Positions 35,000-49,400 of a DNA stretch of 64,000 nucleotides are shown here, in pieces. The position numbers and the translations under genes are program-made. The notes beneath the pieces were generated by a model, which worked only from the letters and a program-made list of their open reading frames with translations, was not told where the DNA came from and ran no database searches. The DNA is from Eledone cirrhosa (lineage: Eukaryota): contig OZ024742.1 in the NCBI GenBank assembly GCA_964016885.1, positions 1,922,001 through 1,986,000 on the forward strand, read 5' to 3'. Position 1 is the first letter of the stretch; the number at the start of each line of letters is the position of its first letter.

Positions 35000-35140
35000 A
35001 ACCGACCCCAGTACTTGACTGGTACTTTTATCGACCTCGAATAGATGAAAGGCAAAGTTGACCTCGACGGGATTTGAACTCAGAGAGCCTCTGCAAAACA
35101 TTCTACTTGACGTTCCAATGACTCTCACAATTCGCTGCCT
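35000..35140 (-). mobile_element. tRNA-derived SINE (cephalopod OR-type-like), diverged
   Basis: Reverse complement contains ctgagttcaaatcccgtcgaggtcaactttgcctttcatc...gataaaagtaccagtcaagtactggggtc. Confidence 0.8.
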
Positions 35141-35427
35141 TCCAAACCTTGTATATTTATTGGAATTATGCAAATTGGTATAAAACTCTGATGCTTCAAG
35201 GTGTAGTAATATATCTTCTAGAAGACTGAGCCCTAGACTGCTGGCTCCTTAGTTGACCTTAATGGTAACGTCAACCCTGAACATATTATTTCTTATGGAA
35301 TTCCACACATATATGGAAAAGGATGTAAATTTTAAAGACTAACATAGTTGCTTGTCTGACTTCCTGTCGAAACTTACCTTGTTATTTCACTCTCCACTTC
35401 CTTCATCCTTTCTTTCTCTCCTTCACA

Positions 35428-35464
<37 letters not shown>

Positions 35465-35692
35465 TCATATATTTCTCTTTCTCTCATTCATACGCAAACA
35501 TAATATATGCATACACACACATATATATACACACATACGCATATTATATATATATATATACACACACACACATATATATACATACACATACATATCATAT
35601 ATACATACATATCATATATACATATAAATACCTCTCCTCGAATGATTGGAAGTAATAAGACTAATTGTTTTGTATCTCTGCGTTTGTCAATT

Positions 35693-35726
<34 letters not shown>

Positions 35727-36029
35727 TAATCATATGATTAATAGTCCCTATTAATCATAGAGCAACATCGGTTAAGGTTGGCACCACACAAATTCAGGGA
35801 TATATGTGTGTATATGCATGTATATGTATGTATTCGCATGTATATGTGTATTTCTTTTTATTGTCTATAACTCCCTATAAAGAAAGAAAGAAAGAAAGAA
35901 AGAAGAAGAAGAAGAAGAAGAAGAAGAAGAAGAAGAAGAAGAAGAAGAAGAAGAAGAGCCTTTAACTCAAAATGGATTCTTAGTCACGCCATATGACACA
36001 CAGTTATGAACACAGCCGAGAGAGAGGAA

Positions 36030-36195
36030 TTGATCACCAGTACTTGACTGGTAGTTTATTCATCGATCTGGTAAGATTGGAAGGTAGAATAATGACCTGG
36101 GAGTGATTTGAACTCAGATCTCAGAAAATCGGAATAAATAGGGAAAGATGTTTAATCGAACGACGACCCGAACCATTCGACCACTGCACCACCTT
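36030..36195 (-). mobile_element. Diverged SINE of the same family
   Basis: ccagtacttgactggta and gatttgaactcaga motifs as at 35000-35140. Confidence 0.65.
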
Positions 36196-36204
36196 AACTT
36201 AATA

Positions 36205-39200
36205 AGGATTGGCAGAATTGGTAGAGCGTCGGACACCATGCTTCAGGGCAGAGTTACCGCCCTTTGCGTTCTGAGTTCAAATGCACTGGAGTCATTTTAA
36301 TAAAGTACCAGTAATGCACTGGGTCAATTTAATAAAGTACCAGTAAGGCACTGGGGTCAATTTAATAAAGTACCAGTAAGGCACTGGGGTCAATTTAATA
36401 AACTACCAGTAAGCCACTGGGGTCAATTTAATAAAGTACCAGTAAGGCACTGGGGTCAATTTAATAAACTACCAGTAAGGCACTGGGGTCAATTTAATAA
36501 ACTACCAGTAAAGCACTGGGGTCAATTTAATAAAGTACCAGTAAGGCCCTGCAGTCAATTTAATAAAGTACCAGTAAGGAACTGGGGTCAATTTAATAAA
36601 GTACCAGTAAGGCACTGGGGTCAATTTAATAAAGTACCAGTAAGCCACTGGGGTCAATTTAATAAAGTACCAGTAAGGCACTGGGGTCAATTTAATAAAG
36701 TACCAGTAAGGCGCTGGGGTCAATTTAATAAACTACCAGTAAAGCACTGGGGTCAATTTAATAAAGTACCAGTAAGGCACTGGAGTTAATTTAATAAAGT
36801 ACCAGTAAGGAACTGGGGTCAATTTAATAAAGTACCAGTAAGGCACTGGAGTCAATTTAATAAAGTACCAGTAAGCCACTGGGGTCAATTTAATAAAGTA
36901 CCAGTAAGGCACTGGGGTCAATTTAATAAACTACCAGTAAGGCACTGGGGTCAATTTAATAAACTACCAGTAAAGCACTGGGGTCAATTTAATAAAGTAC
37001 CAGTAAGGCCCTGCAGTCAATTTAATAAAGTACCAGTAAGGAACTGGGGTCAATTTAATAAAGTACCAGTAAGGCACTGGGGTCAATTTAATAAACTACC
37101 AGTAAGGCACTGGTGTCAATTTAATAAACTACCAGTAAGGCACTGGTGTCAATTTAATAAACTACCAGTAAGGCACTGGGGTCAATTTAATAAAGTACCA
37201 GTAAGGCACTGGGGTCAATTTAATAAAGTACCAGTAAGGCACTGGAGTTAATTTAATAAAGTACCAGTAAGGCACTGCAGTCAATTTAATAAAGTACCAG
37301 TAAGCCACTGGGGTCAATTTAATAAAGTACCAGTAAGGCACTGCAGTCAATTTAATAAAGTACCAGTAAGGCACTGGGGTCAATTTAATAAAGTACCAGT
37401 AAGGTACTGGGGTCAATTTAATAAAGTACCAGTAAGGCACTGGGGTCAATTTAATAAAGTACCAGTAAGGCACTGGAGTTAATTTAATAAACTACAAGTA
37501 AGGCACTGGGGTCAATTTAATAAAGTACCAGTAAGGCACTGGGGTCAATTTAATAAAGTACCAGTAAGGCACTGGTGTCAATTTAATAAACTACCAGTAA
37601 GGCACTGGTGTCAATTTAATAAACTACCAGTAAGGTACTGGGGTCAATTTAATAAAGTACCAGTAAGGCACTGGGGTCAATTTAATAAAGTACCAGTAAG
37701 GCACTGGAGTCAATTTAATAAAGTCCCAGTAAGGCACTGGGGTCAATTTAATAAAGTACCAGTAAGGCACTGGAGTCAATTTAATAAAGTACCAGTAAGG
37801 CACTGGGGTCAATTTAATAAAGTACCAGTAAGGCACTGGGGTCAATTTAATAAAGTACCAGTAAGGCACTGGGGTCAATTTAATAAAGTACCAGTAAGCC
37901 ACTGGGGTCAATTTAATAAAGTACCAGTAAGGCACTGGGGTCAATTTAATAAAGTACCAGTAAGGCACTGGGGTCAATTTAATAAACTACCAGTAAGGCA
38001 CTGGGGTCAATTTAATAAACTACCAGTAAGGCACTGGGGTCAATTTAATAAAGTACCAGTAAGGCACTGCAGTCAATTTAATAAAGTACCATTAAGGCAC
38101 TGGGGTCAATTTAATAAAGTACCAGTAAGGCACTGGGGTCAATTTAATAAAATACCAGTAAGGCACTAGGGTCAATTTAATAAACTTCCAGTAAGGCACT
38201 GGGGTCAATTTAATAAACTACCAGTAAGGCACTGGGGTCAATTTAATAAAGTACCAGTAAGGCACTGCAGTCAATTTAATAAAGTACCAGTAAGGCACTG
38301 GGGTCAATTTAATAAAGTACCAGTAAGGCACTGGGGTCAATTTAATAAACTACCAGTAAGGCACTGGTGTCAATTTAATAAACTACCAGTAAGGCACTAG
38401 TGTCAATTTAATAAACTACCAGTAAGGCACTGGGGTCAATTTAATAAAGTACCAGTAAGGCACTGGGGTCAATTTAATAAAGTACCAGTAAGGCACTGGA
38501 GTCAATTTAATAAAGTACCAGTAAGGCACTGCAGTCAATTTAATAAAGTACCAGTAAGCCACTGGGGTCAATTTAATAAAGTACCAGTAAGGCACTGCAG
38601 TCAATTTAATAAAGTACCAGTAAGGCACTGGGGTCAATTTAATAAAGTACCAGTAAGGCACTGGGGTTAATTTAATAAAGTACCAGTAAGCCACTGGGTC
38701 AATTTAATAAAGTACCAGTAAGGCACTAGAGTTAATTTAATAAATTACAAGTAAGGCACTGGGGTCAATTTAATAAACTACCAGTAAGGCACTGGGGTCA
38801 GTTTAATAAAGTACCAGTAAGGCATTGGGGTCAATTTAATAAACTACTAGTAAGGCACTGGGGTCAATTTAATAATGTACTAGTAAGCCACTGGGGTCAA
38901 TTTAATAAAGTACCAGTAAGCCACTGGGGTCAATTTAATAAAGTAGCAGTAAGCCACTGGGGTCAATTTAATAAAGTACCAGTAAGCCACTGGGGTCAAT
39001 TTAATAAAGTACCAGTAAGCCACTGGGGTCAATTTAATAAAGTACCAGTAAGCCAGTGGGGTCAATTTAATAAACTACCAGTAAGGCACTGGAGTCAATT
39101 TAATAAAGTACCAGTAAGGCACTGGAGTCAATTTAATAAAGTACCAGTAAGGCACTGGGGTCAATTTAATAAAGTACCAGTAAGCCGCTGCAGTCAATTT

Positions 39201-40215
39201 AATAAAGTACCAGTAAGGCACTGGGGTCAATTTAATAAAGTACCAGTAAGGCACTGGGGTTAATTTAATAAAGTACCAGTAAGCCACTGGGTCAATTTAA
39301 TAAAGTACCAGTAAGCCACTGCAGTCAATTTAATAAAGTACCAGTAAGCCACTGGAGTCAATTTAATAAAGTACCAGTAAGGCACTGGGGTCAATTTAAT
39401 AAAGTACCAGTAAGGCACTGGGGTCAATTTAATAAAGTACCAGTAAGCCACTGCAGTCAACTTAATAAAGTACCAGTAAGCCACTGCAGTCAATTTAATA
39501 AAGTACCAGTAAGGCACTGGGGTCAATTTAATAAAGTACCAGTAAGCCACTGGGGTCAATTTAATAAAGTACCAGTAAGCCACTGCAGTCAATTTAATAA
39601 AGTACCAGTAAGGCACTGGGGTCAATTTAATAAAGTACCAGTAAGGCACTGGGGTCAATTTAATAAACTACCAGTAAGGCACTGGGGTCAATTTAATAAA
39701 CTACCAGTAAGGCACTGGGGTCAATTTAATAAACTACCAGTAAGGCACTGCAGTCAATTTAATAAAGTACCAGTAAGCCACTGGGGTCAATTTAATAAAC
39801 TACCAGTAAGCCACTGGGGTCAATTTAATAAACTACCAGTAAGTCACTTGGGTCAATTTAATAAACTACCAGTAAGCCACTGCAGTCAATTTAATAAAGT
39901 ACCAGTAAGGCACTGGGGTCAATTTAATAAAGTACCAGTAAGGCACTGCAGTCAATTTAATAAAGTACCAGTAAGGCACTGGGGTCAATTTAATAAAGTA
40001 CCAGTAAGGCACTGGAGTCAATTTAATAAAGTACCAGTAAGGCACTGGGGTCAATTTAATAAAGTACCAGTAAGGCACTGGGGTCAATTTAATAAAGTAC
40101 CAGTAAGGCACTGGGGTCAATTTAATAAAGTACCAGTAAGCCACTGGGGTCAATTTAATCATCTTCTCCCGCCTCCAAAATTGTTGGCCTTGTGCTTTAA
40201 AGTAGAAATCATTAT
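36205..40215 (+). mobile_element. SINE whose internal 33-bp segment has expanded into a satellite
   Basis: Head tggcagaattggtagagcgtcggac...ctgagttcaaat at 36205-36282; tail ...aaaattgttggccttgtgctttaaagtagaaatcattat at ~40160-40215. Confidence 0.8.
36297..40159. repeat. 33-bp minisatellite (aataaagtaccagtaaggcactggggtcaattt), ~117 units
   Basis: Direct reading; copy number is length divided by 33. Confidence 0.97.
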
Positions 40216-40397
40216 AAGTGGATTGGCAGAATCGGTAGAGGGTCGGACGCCATGCTTGGACTCATAGAGTTACATTCTGAGTTCAAATCCCGCTGAGGTT
40301 AACTTTGCCTTTCATCCTTACCGAGTCGATAAAATAAAGTACCAGTAATGCACTGGGTTTTTGCTGGCCTTGTGCCAAAAAGTAGAAACAATTATTA
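40216..40397 (+). mobile_element. Second, unexpanded SINE copy in tandem
   Basis: tggcagaatcggtagagggtcggac, ctgagttcaaatcccgctgagg, a single aataaagtaccagtaatgcactggg, tail ggccttgtgccaaaaagtagaaacaattattat. Confidence 0.85.
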
Positions 40398-40519
40398 TAA
40401 CAATATGTTGTTGTTGTTGCGAGATAAAAGCTTAAATAAAGAGGAACGTTTACAAAAACTAATTGTTGTTGTTGTTATTGATATTGCTTGATAAATGAAC
40501 CTCCATAAAACAATGGAAT

Positions 40520-43260
40520 TTATTGTTACATTGTTGTTACTGTTGTTGTTATTGTTGTTGTTGTTGTTATTGTTGTTATTGTTGTTGTTATTGTTGTTAC
40601 TGTTGTTGTTGGTGTTGTTGTTGTTACTGTTGTTGTTGTTACAACGGCAACACTGACAACAACAACACTAAGAACACCTAGAGTAATAACAACAACAACA
40701 ACAGTAACAACAACAGCAACAACATCAGTATCAACAATAACAACAACAGTAACAACAACACTAACAACAACAGTAACACTTACAACAACAACACTAACAA
40801 CAGTAACACTAACAACAACACTAACAACAGGAACACTAACAACAGTAACACTAACAACATCAACACTAACAACCGTAACACTAACAACAGTAACACTAAC
40901 AACAGCAACACTAACAACAGCAACACTAACAACAACAACACTAACAACAGCAACACTAAGAACAGTAACACTAACAACAACACTAACAACAGTAACACTA
41001 ACACAACAACACTAACAAGAACAACACTAACAACAGTAACACTAACAACACTAACACTAACGACAGTAACACTAACAACAGTAACACTAACAAAACAACA
41101 CTAACAGCAACAACACTAACAACAGTGACACTAACAGCAACACTAACAACAGCAACACTAACAAAAGTAACACTAACAACAGTAACACTAACAACAGGAA
41201 CACTAACAACGGTAACACTAACAATAACAACACTAACAACAGTAACACTAAAAACAGTAACACTAACAACAGTAACACTAACAATAACACTAACAACAGT
41301 AACACTAACAACAGTAACACTAACAATAACACTAACAACAGTAACACTAACAACAACAACACTAACAACAGCAACACTAACAACAGCAACAACAATATTA
41401 ACACTAACAACAGCAACAACAATATTAACACTAACAACAGCAACACTAACAAAAGTAACACTAACAACAGTAACACTAACAACAGTAACACTAACAACAG
41501 CAACACCAACAACAGTAACACTAACAGTAACACTAACAACAACAGCACTAACAGCAACAACAAAAACACTAACAACAGCAACACTAACAACAGTAACACT
41601 AACAACAGCAACACTAACAAAAGTAACACTAACAACAGTAACACTAACAACAGCAACACTAACAACAGTAACACTAACAAAAGTAACACTAACAACAGTA
41701 ACACTAACAACAGCAACACTAACAATAGTAACACTAACAACAGCAACACTAACAAAAGTAACACTAACAACAGTAACACTAACAACAGTAACACTAACAA
41801 AAGTAACACTAACAACAGCAACACTAACAACAGCAACACTAACAAAAGTAACACTAACAACAGTAACACTAACAACAGTAACACTAACAACAGCAACACT
41901 AACAAAAGTAACACTAACAACAGCAACACTAACAAGAGTAACACTAACAACAGTAACACTAACAACAGCAACACTAACAACAGTAACACTAACAAAAGTA
42001 ACACTAACAACAGCAACACTAACAACAGCAACACTAACAAAAGTAACACTAACAACAGTAACACTAACCACAGCAACACTAACAACAGTAACACTAACAA
42101 CAGCAACACTAACAACAGTAACACTAACAACAGCAACACTAACAACAGTAACACTAACAACAGTAACACTAACAACAGCAACACTAACAACAGTAACACT
42201 AACAACAGCAACACTAACAACAGTAACACTAACAACAGCAACACTAACAACAGTAACACTAACAACAGTAACACTAACAACAGCAACACTAACAAAAGTA
42301 ACACTAACAACAGCAACACTAACAACAGCAACACTAACAAAAGTAACACTAACAACAGCAACACTAACAACAGCAACACTAACAAAAGTAACACTAACAA
42401 CAGCAACACTAACAACAGTAACACTAACAACAGTAACACTAACAACAATAACACTAACAACAGTAACACTAACAACAGCAACACTAACAAAAGTAACACT
42501 AACAACAGCAACACTAACAACAGCAACACTAACAAAAGTAACACTAACAACAGCAACACTAACAACAGCAACACTAACAAAAGTAACACTAACAACAGCA
42601 ACACTAACAACAGCAACACTAACAACAGCAACACTAACAACAGCAACACTAACAAAAGTAACACTAACAACAGCAACACTAACAACAGCAACACTAACAA
42701 AAGTAACACTAACAACAGCAACACTAACAACAGCAACACTAACAAAAGTAACACTAACAACAGCAACACTAACAACAGCAACACTAACAACAGTAACACT
42801 AACAACAGTAACACTAACAACAGTAACACTAACAAAAGTAACACTAACAACAGCAACACTAACAACAGCAACACTAACAAAAGTAACACTAACAACAGTA
42901 ACACTAACAAAAGTAACACTAACAACAGTAACACTAACAACAGTAACACTAACAACAGCAACACTAACAAAAGTAACACTAACAACAGTAACACTAACAA
43001 CAGCAACACTAACAACAATAACACTAACAAAAGTAACACTAACAACAGTAACACTAACAACAGCAATACCAACAACAGTAACACTAACAACAGTAACACT
43101 AACAACAGCAACACCAACAACAGCAACACCAACAACAGTAACACTAACAGTAACACTAACAACAACAACACTAACAGCAACAACAAAAACACTAACAACA
43201 GCAACACTAACAACAGCAACAACAACAACACTAACAGCAACAAAAACAACACTAACCATT
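40520..43260. repeat. (GTT)n switching to (AAC)n, maturing into a 15-bp minisatellite acactaacaacag(t/c)a
   Basis: Direct reading; regular 15-bp phase from ~41580 to ~43140. Confidence 0.96.
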
Positions 43261-43404
43261 TCTAAAACAACAGGAACCACACCCCGGCCAACATATAACT
43301 ACTACAGACCCTATCTATGTATCGTAACCTTTTGTTGTATCAAATTTCTTCACCTTTTATTTTTACACGCAAACATACTAAGGTTCTTACTGACGTTAAT
43401 TAAA

Positions 43405-46400
43405 CCTCACAAAAGCTTCTTCTTGTACCAAGAACTAGCTGGTAGGTTGATCTTTTAGAAATAGCAGTCAAATACCCACATTCACAATAGCTTCTTGTAC
43501 CCAGAACTAGCTGGTAGGTTGATCTTTTAGAAATAGCAGTCAAATTCCCACATTCACAATAGCTTCTTGTACCCAGAACTATCTGGTAGGTTGATCTTTT
43601 AGAAATAGCAGTCAAATACCCACATTCACAATAGCTTCTTGTACCCAGAACTATCTGGTAGGTTGATCTTTTATAAATAGCAGTCAAATACCCACATTCA
43701 CAATAGCTTCTTGTACCCAGAACTATCTGGTAGGTTGATCTTTTAGAAATAGCAGTCAAATACCCACATTCACAATAGCTTCTTGTACCCAGAACTATCT
43801 GGTAGGTTGATCTTTTAGAAATAGCAGTCAAATACCCACATTCACAATAGCTTCTTGTACACAGAACTACCTGGTAGGTTGATCTTTTAGAAATAGCAGT
43901 CAAATACCCACATTTAAAACAGCTTCTTCTTCTACCCAGAACTACCTGGTAGGTTGATCTTTTAGAAATAGCAGTCAAATACCCACTTTCACAACAGCTT
44001 CTTCCCGTACCAAGAACTACCTCGTAGGTTGATATTTTAGAAATAGCAGTCAAATACCCACATATACAACAGCTTCTTCATGTACCAAAAAACTACCTGG
44101 TAGGTTGATCTTTTAGAAATAGCAGTCAAATATCCGAATTTACAACACCTTCTTCCTGTACCAAGAACTAGCTGGTAGGTTGATCTTTTAGAAATAGCAG
44201 TCAAATACCCACATTTACAACAGCTTCTTCTTGTACCATGAACTACCTGGTAGGTTGGTCTTTTAGAAATGGCAGTCAAATACCCACATTTACAACAGCT
44301 TCTTCTTGTACCAAGAACTAACTGGTAGGTTGATCTTTTAGAAATAGCAGTCAAATACTCACATTTACAACAGCTTCTTCTAGTACCAAGAACTACCTGG
44401 TAGGTTGATGTTTTAGAAATAGCAGTCAAATACCCACATTTACAACAGCTTCTTCTTGTACCAAGAACTACCTGGTAGGTTGATGTTTTAGAAAAAGCAG
44501 TCAAATACCCACATTTACAACAGCTTCGTCCTGTAGTACAAACTACCTGGTAGGTTGATCTTTTAGAAATAGCAGTCAAATACCCACATTTACAACAGCT
44601 TCTTCTTGTACCAAGCACTACCTGGTAGGTTGATCTTTTAGAAATAGCAATCAAATACCCACATTTACAACAGCTTCTTCTTGTACCAAGAACTACCTGG
44701 TAGGTTGATCTTTTAGAAATAGCAGTCAAATACCCACATTCACAACAGCTTCTTCCCGTACCAAGAACTACCTGGTAGGTTGATATTTTAGACATAGCAG
44801 TCAAATACCCACATTCACAACAGCTTCTTCCTGTACCAAGAACTAGCTGGTAGGTTGATCTTTTAGAAATAGCAGCCAAATACCCACATTTACAACAGCT
44901 TATTCTTGTACCAAGAAGTACCTGGTAGGTTGATGTTTTAGAAATAGCAGTCAAATACCTACATTTACAATAGCTTCTTCTTGTACCAAGAACTACCTGG
45001 TAGGTTGATCTTTAGAAGTAGCAGTCAAGTACCCACATTTACAACAGCTTCCTCCTGTAGTACAAACTACCTGGTAGATTGATCTTTTAGAAATAGCAGT
45101 CAAATACCCACATTTACAAGAGCTTCTTCCTGTACCATGAACTACCTGGTAGGTTGATCTTTTAGAAATAGCAGTCAAATACCCAAATTTACAACACCTT
45201 CTTCCTGTAGTACAAATTACCTGGTAGGTTGATCTTTTAGAAATAGCAGTCAAATACCCAAATTTAAAACAACTTCTTCTTGTACCAAGAACTAGCTGGT
45301 AGGTTGATCTTTTAGAAATAGCAGTCAAATACCCGAATTTACAACACCTTCTTCCTGTACCAAGAACTACCTGGTAGGTTGATCTTTTAGAAATAGCAGT
45401 CAAATACCCACATTTACAACAGCTTCTTCCTGTACCAAGAACTACCTCGTAGGTTGATCTTTTAGAAATAGCAGTCAAATACCCACATTTACAACAGCTT
45501 CTTCCTGTACCAAGAACTAGCTGGTAGGTTGATCTTTTAGAAATAGCAGTCAAATACCCACATTTACAACAGCTTCTTCTTGTACCAAGAACTAGCTGGT
45601 AGGTTGATCTTTTAGAAATAGCAGTCAAGTACCCACATTTACAACAGCTTCTTCCTGTACCAAGAACTAGGTGGTAGGTTGATCTTTTAGAAATAGCAGT
45701 CAAATACCCACATTCACAATAGCTTCTTGTACCCAGAACTATCTGACAGGTTGATCTTTTAGAAATAGCAGTCAAATACCCACATTCACAATAGCTTCTT
45801 GTACCCAGAACTATCTGGTAGGTTGATCTTTTAGAAATAGCAGTCAAATACCCACATTCACAATAGCTTCTTGTACCCAGAACTATCTGGTAGGTTGATC
45901 TTTTAGAAATAGCAGTCAAATACCCACATTTAAAACAGCTTCTTCTTGTACCCAGAACTACCTGGTAGGTTGATCTTTTAGAAATAGCAGTCAAATACCC
46001 ACATTCACAACAGCTTCTTCCCGTAACAAGAACTACCTGGTAGGTTGATCTTTTAGAAATAGCAGTCAAATACCCACATTTACAACAGCTTCTTCCTGTA
46101 CCAAGAACTAGCTGGTAGGTTGATCTTTTAGAAATAGCAGTCAAATACCCACATTTACAACAGCTTCTTCTTGTACCAAGAACTAGCTGGTAGGTTGATC
46201 TTTTAGAAATAGCAGTCAAATACCCACATTCACAATAGCTTCTTGTACCCAGAACTATCTGGTAGGTTGATCTTTTAGAAATAGCAGTCAAATACCCACA
46301 TTCACAATAGCTTCTTGTACCCAGAACTATCTGACAGGTTGATCTTTTAGAAATAGCAGTCAAATACCCACATTCGCAATAGCTTCTTGTACCCAGAACT

Positions 46401-49400
46401 ATCTGGTAGGTTGATCTTTTAGAAATAGCAGTCAAATACCCACATTCACAATAGCTTCTTGTACCCAGAACTATCTGGTAGGTTGATCTTTTAGAAATAG
46501 CAGTCAAATACCCACATTCACAATAGCTTCTTGTACCCAGAACTACCTGGTAGGTTGATCTTTTAGAAATAGCAGTCAAATACCCACATTTAAAACAGCT
46601 TCTTCTTGTACCCAGAACTACCTGGTAGGTTGATCTTTTAGAAATAGCAGTCAAATACCCACATTCACAACAGCTTCTTCCCGTAACAAGAACTACCTGG
46701 TAGGTTGATATTTTAGAAATAGCAGTCAAATACCCACATTTACAACAGCTTCTTCCTGTACCAAAAACTACCTGGTAGGTTGATCTTTTAGAAATAGCAG
46801 TCAAATACCCACATTTTCAACAGCTTCTTCTTGTACCAAGAAGTACGTGGTAGGTTGATCTTTTAGAAATAGCAGTCAAATACACACATTTACAACAGCT
46901 TCTTCTTGTACCATGAACTACCTGGTAGGTTGGTCTTTTAGAAATGGCAGTCAAATACCCACATTTACAACAGCTTCTTCTTGTACCAAGAACTAACTGG
47001 TAGGTTGATCTTTTAGAAATAGCAGTCAAATACTCACATTTACAACAGCTTCTTCTAGTACCAAGAACTACCTGGTAGGTTGATGTTTTAGAAATAGCAG
47101 TCAAATACCCACATTTACAACAGCTTCTTCTTGTACCAAGAACTACCTGGTAGGTTGATGTTTTAGAAAAAGCAGTCAAATACCCACATTTACAACAGCT
47201 TCGTCCTGTAGTACAAACTACCTGGTAGGTTGATCTTTTAGAAATAGCAGTCAAATACCCACATTTACAACAGCTTCTTCTTGTACCAAGCACTACCTGG
47301 TAGGTTGATCTTTTAGAAATAGCAATCAAATACCCACATTTACAACAGCTTCTTCTTGTACCAAGAACTACCTGGTAGGTTGATCTTTTAGAAATAGCAG
47401 TCAAATACCCACATTCACAACAGCTTCTTCCCGTACCAAGAACTACCTGGTAGGTTGATATTTTAGACATAGCAGTCAAATACCCACATTCACAACAGCT
47501 TCTTCCTGTACCAAGAACTAGCTGGTAGGTTGATCTTTTAGAAATAGCAGCCAAATACCCACATTTACAACAGCTTATTCTTGTACCAAGAAGTACCTGG
47601 TAGGTTGATGTTTTAGAAATAGCAGTCAAATACCTACATTTACAATAGCTTCTTCTTGTACCAAGAACTACCTGGTAGGTTGATCTTTAGAAGTAGCAGT
47701 CAAGTACCCACATTTACAACAGCTTCCTCCTGTAGTACAAACTACCTGGTAGATTGATCTTTTAGAAATAGCAGTCAAATACCCACATTTACAAGAGCTT
47801 CTTCCTGTACCATGAACTACCTGGTAGGTTGATCTTTTAGAAATAGCAGTCAAATACCCAAATTTACAACACCTTCTTCCTGTAGTACAAATTACCTGGT
47901 AGGTTGATCTTTTAGAAATAGCAGTCAAATACCCAAATTTAAAACAACTTCTTCTTGTACCAAGAACTAGCTGGTAGGTTGATCTTTTAGAAATAGCAGT
48001 CAAATACCCGAATTTACAACACCTTCTTCCTGTACCAAGAACTACCTGGTAGGTTGATCTTTTAGAAATAGCAGTCAAATACCCACATTTACAACAGCTT
48101 CTTCCTGTACCAAGAACTACCTCGTAGGTTGATCTTTTAGAAATAGCAGTCAAATACCCACATTTACAACAGCTTCTTCCTGTACCAAAAACTAGCTGGT
48201 AGGTTGATCTTTTAGAAATAGCAGTCAAATACCCACATTTACAACAGCTTCTTCTTGTACCAAGAACTAGCTGGTAGGTTGATCTTTTAGAAATAGCAGT
48301 CAAGTACCCACATTTACAACAGCTTCTTCCTGTACCAAGAACTAGGTGGTAGGTTGATCTTTTAGAAATAGCAGTCAAATACCCACATTCACAATAGCTT
48401 CTTGTACCCAGAACTATCTGACAGGTTGATCTTTTAGAAATAGCAGTCAAATACCCACATTCACAATAGCTTCTTGTACCCAGAACTATCTGGTAGGTTG
48501 ATCTTTTAGAAATAGCAGTCAAATACCCACATTCACAATAGCTTCTTGTACCCAGAACTATCTGGTAGGTTGATCTTTTAGAAATAGCAGTCAAATACCC
48601 ACATTCACAATAGCTTCTTGTACCCAGAACTACCTGGTAGGTTGATCTTTTAGAAATAGCAGTCAAATACCCACATTTAAAACAGCTTCTTCTTGTACCC
48701 AGAACTACCTGGTAGGTTGATCTTTTAGAAATAGCAGTCAAATACCCACATTCACAACAGCTTCTTCCCGTAACAAGAACTACCTGGTAGGTTGATATTT
48801 TAGAAATAGCAGTCAAATACCCACATTTACAACAGCTTCTTCCTGTACCAAAAACTACCTGGTAGGTTGATCTTTTAGAAATAGCAGTCAAATACCCACA
48901 TTTTCAACAGCTTCTTCTTGTACCAAGAAGTACGTGGTAGGTTGATCTTTTAGAAATAGCAGTCAAATACCCACATTTACAACAGCTTCTTCTTGTACCA
49001 TGAACTATATGGTAGGTTGGTCTTTTAGAAATAGCAGTCAAATACCCACATTTACAACAGCTTCTTCTTGTACCAAGAACTACCTGGTAGGTTGATCTTT
49101 TAGAAATAGCAGTCAAATACTCACATTTACAACAGCTTCTTCTAGTACCAAGAACTACCTGGTAGGTTGATGTTTTAGAAATAGCAGTCAAATACCCACA
49201 TTTACAACAGCTTCTTCTTGTACCAAGAACTACCTGGTAGGTTGATGTTTTAGAAATAGCAGTCAAATACCCACATTTACAACAGCTTCTTCCTGTAGCA
49301 CAAACAACCTGGTAGGTTGATCTTTTAGAAATAGCAGTCAAATACCCACATTTACAACAGCTTCTTGTACCAAGAACTACCTGGTAGGTTGATCTTATAG

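Noticed and set aside
36297-40159. CRISPR-like array or PYWYFIKLT repeat protein
   Set aside because: Units are contiguous with no unique spacers, there are no cas genes, stops are frequent, and the unit is SINE-derived.
40998-43458. Thr-rich 777-aa mucin or antifreeze-like ORF
   Set aside because: A 15-bp minisatellite open in several frames on both strands; no signal peptide or splice evidence.
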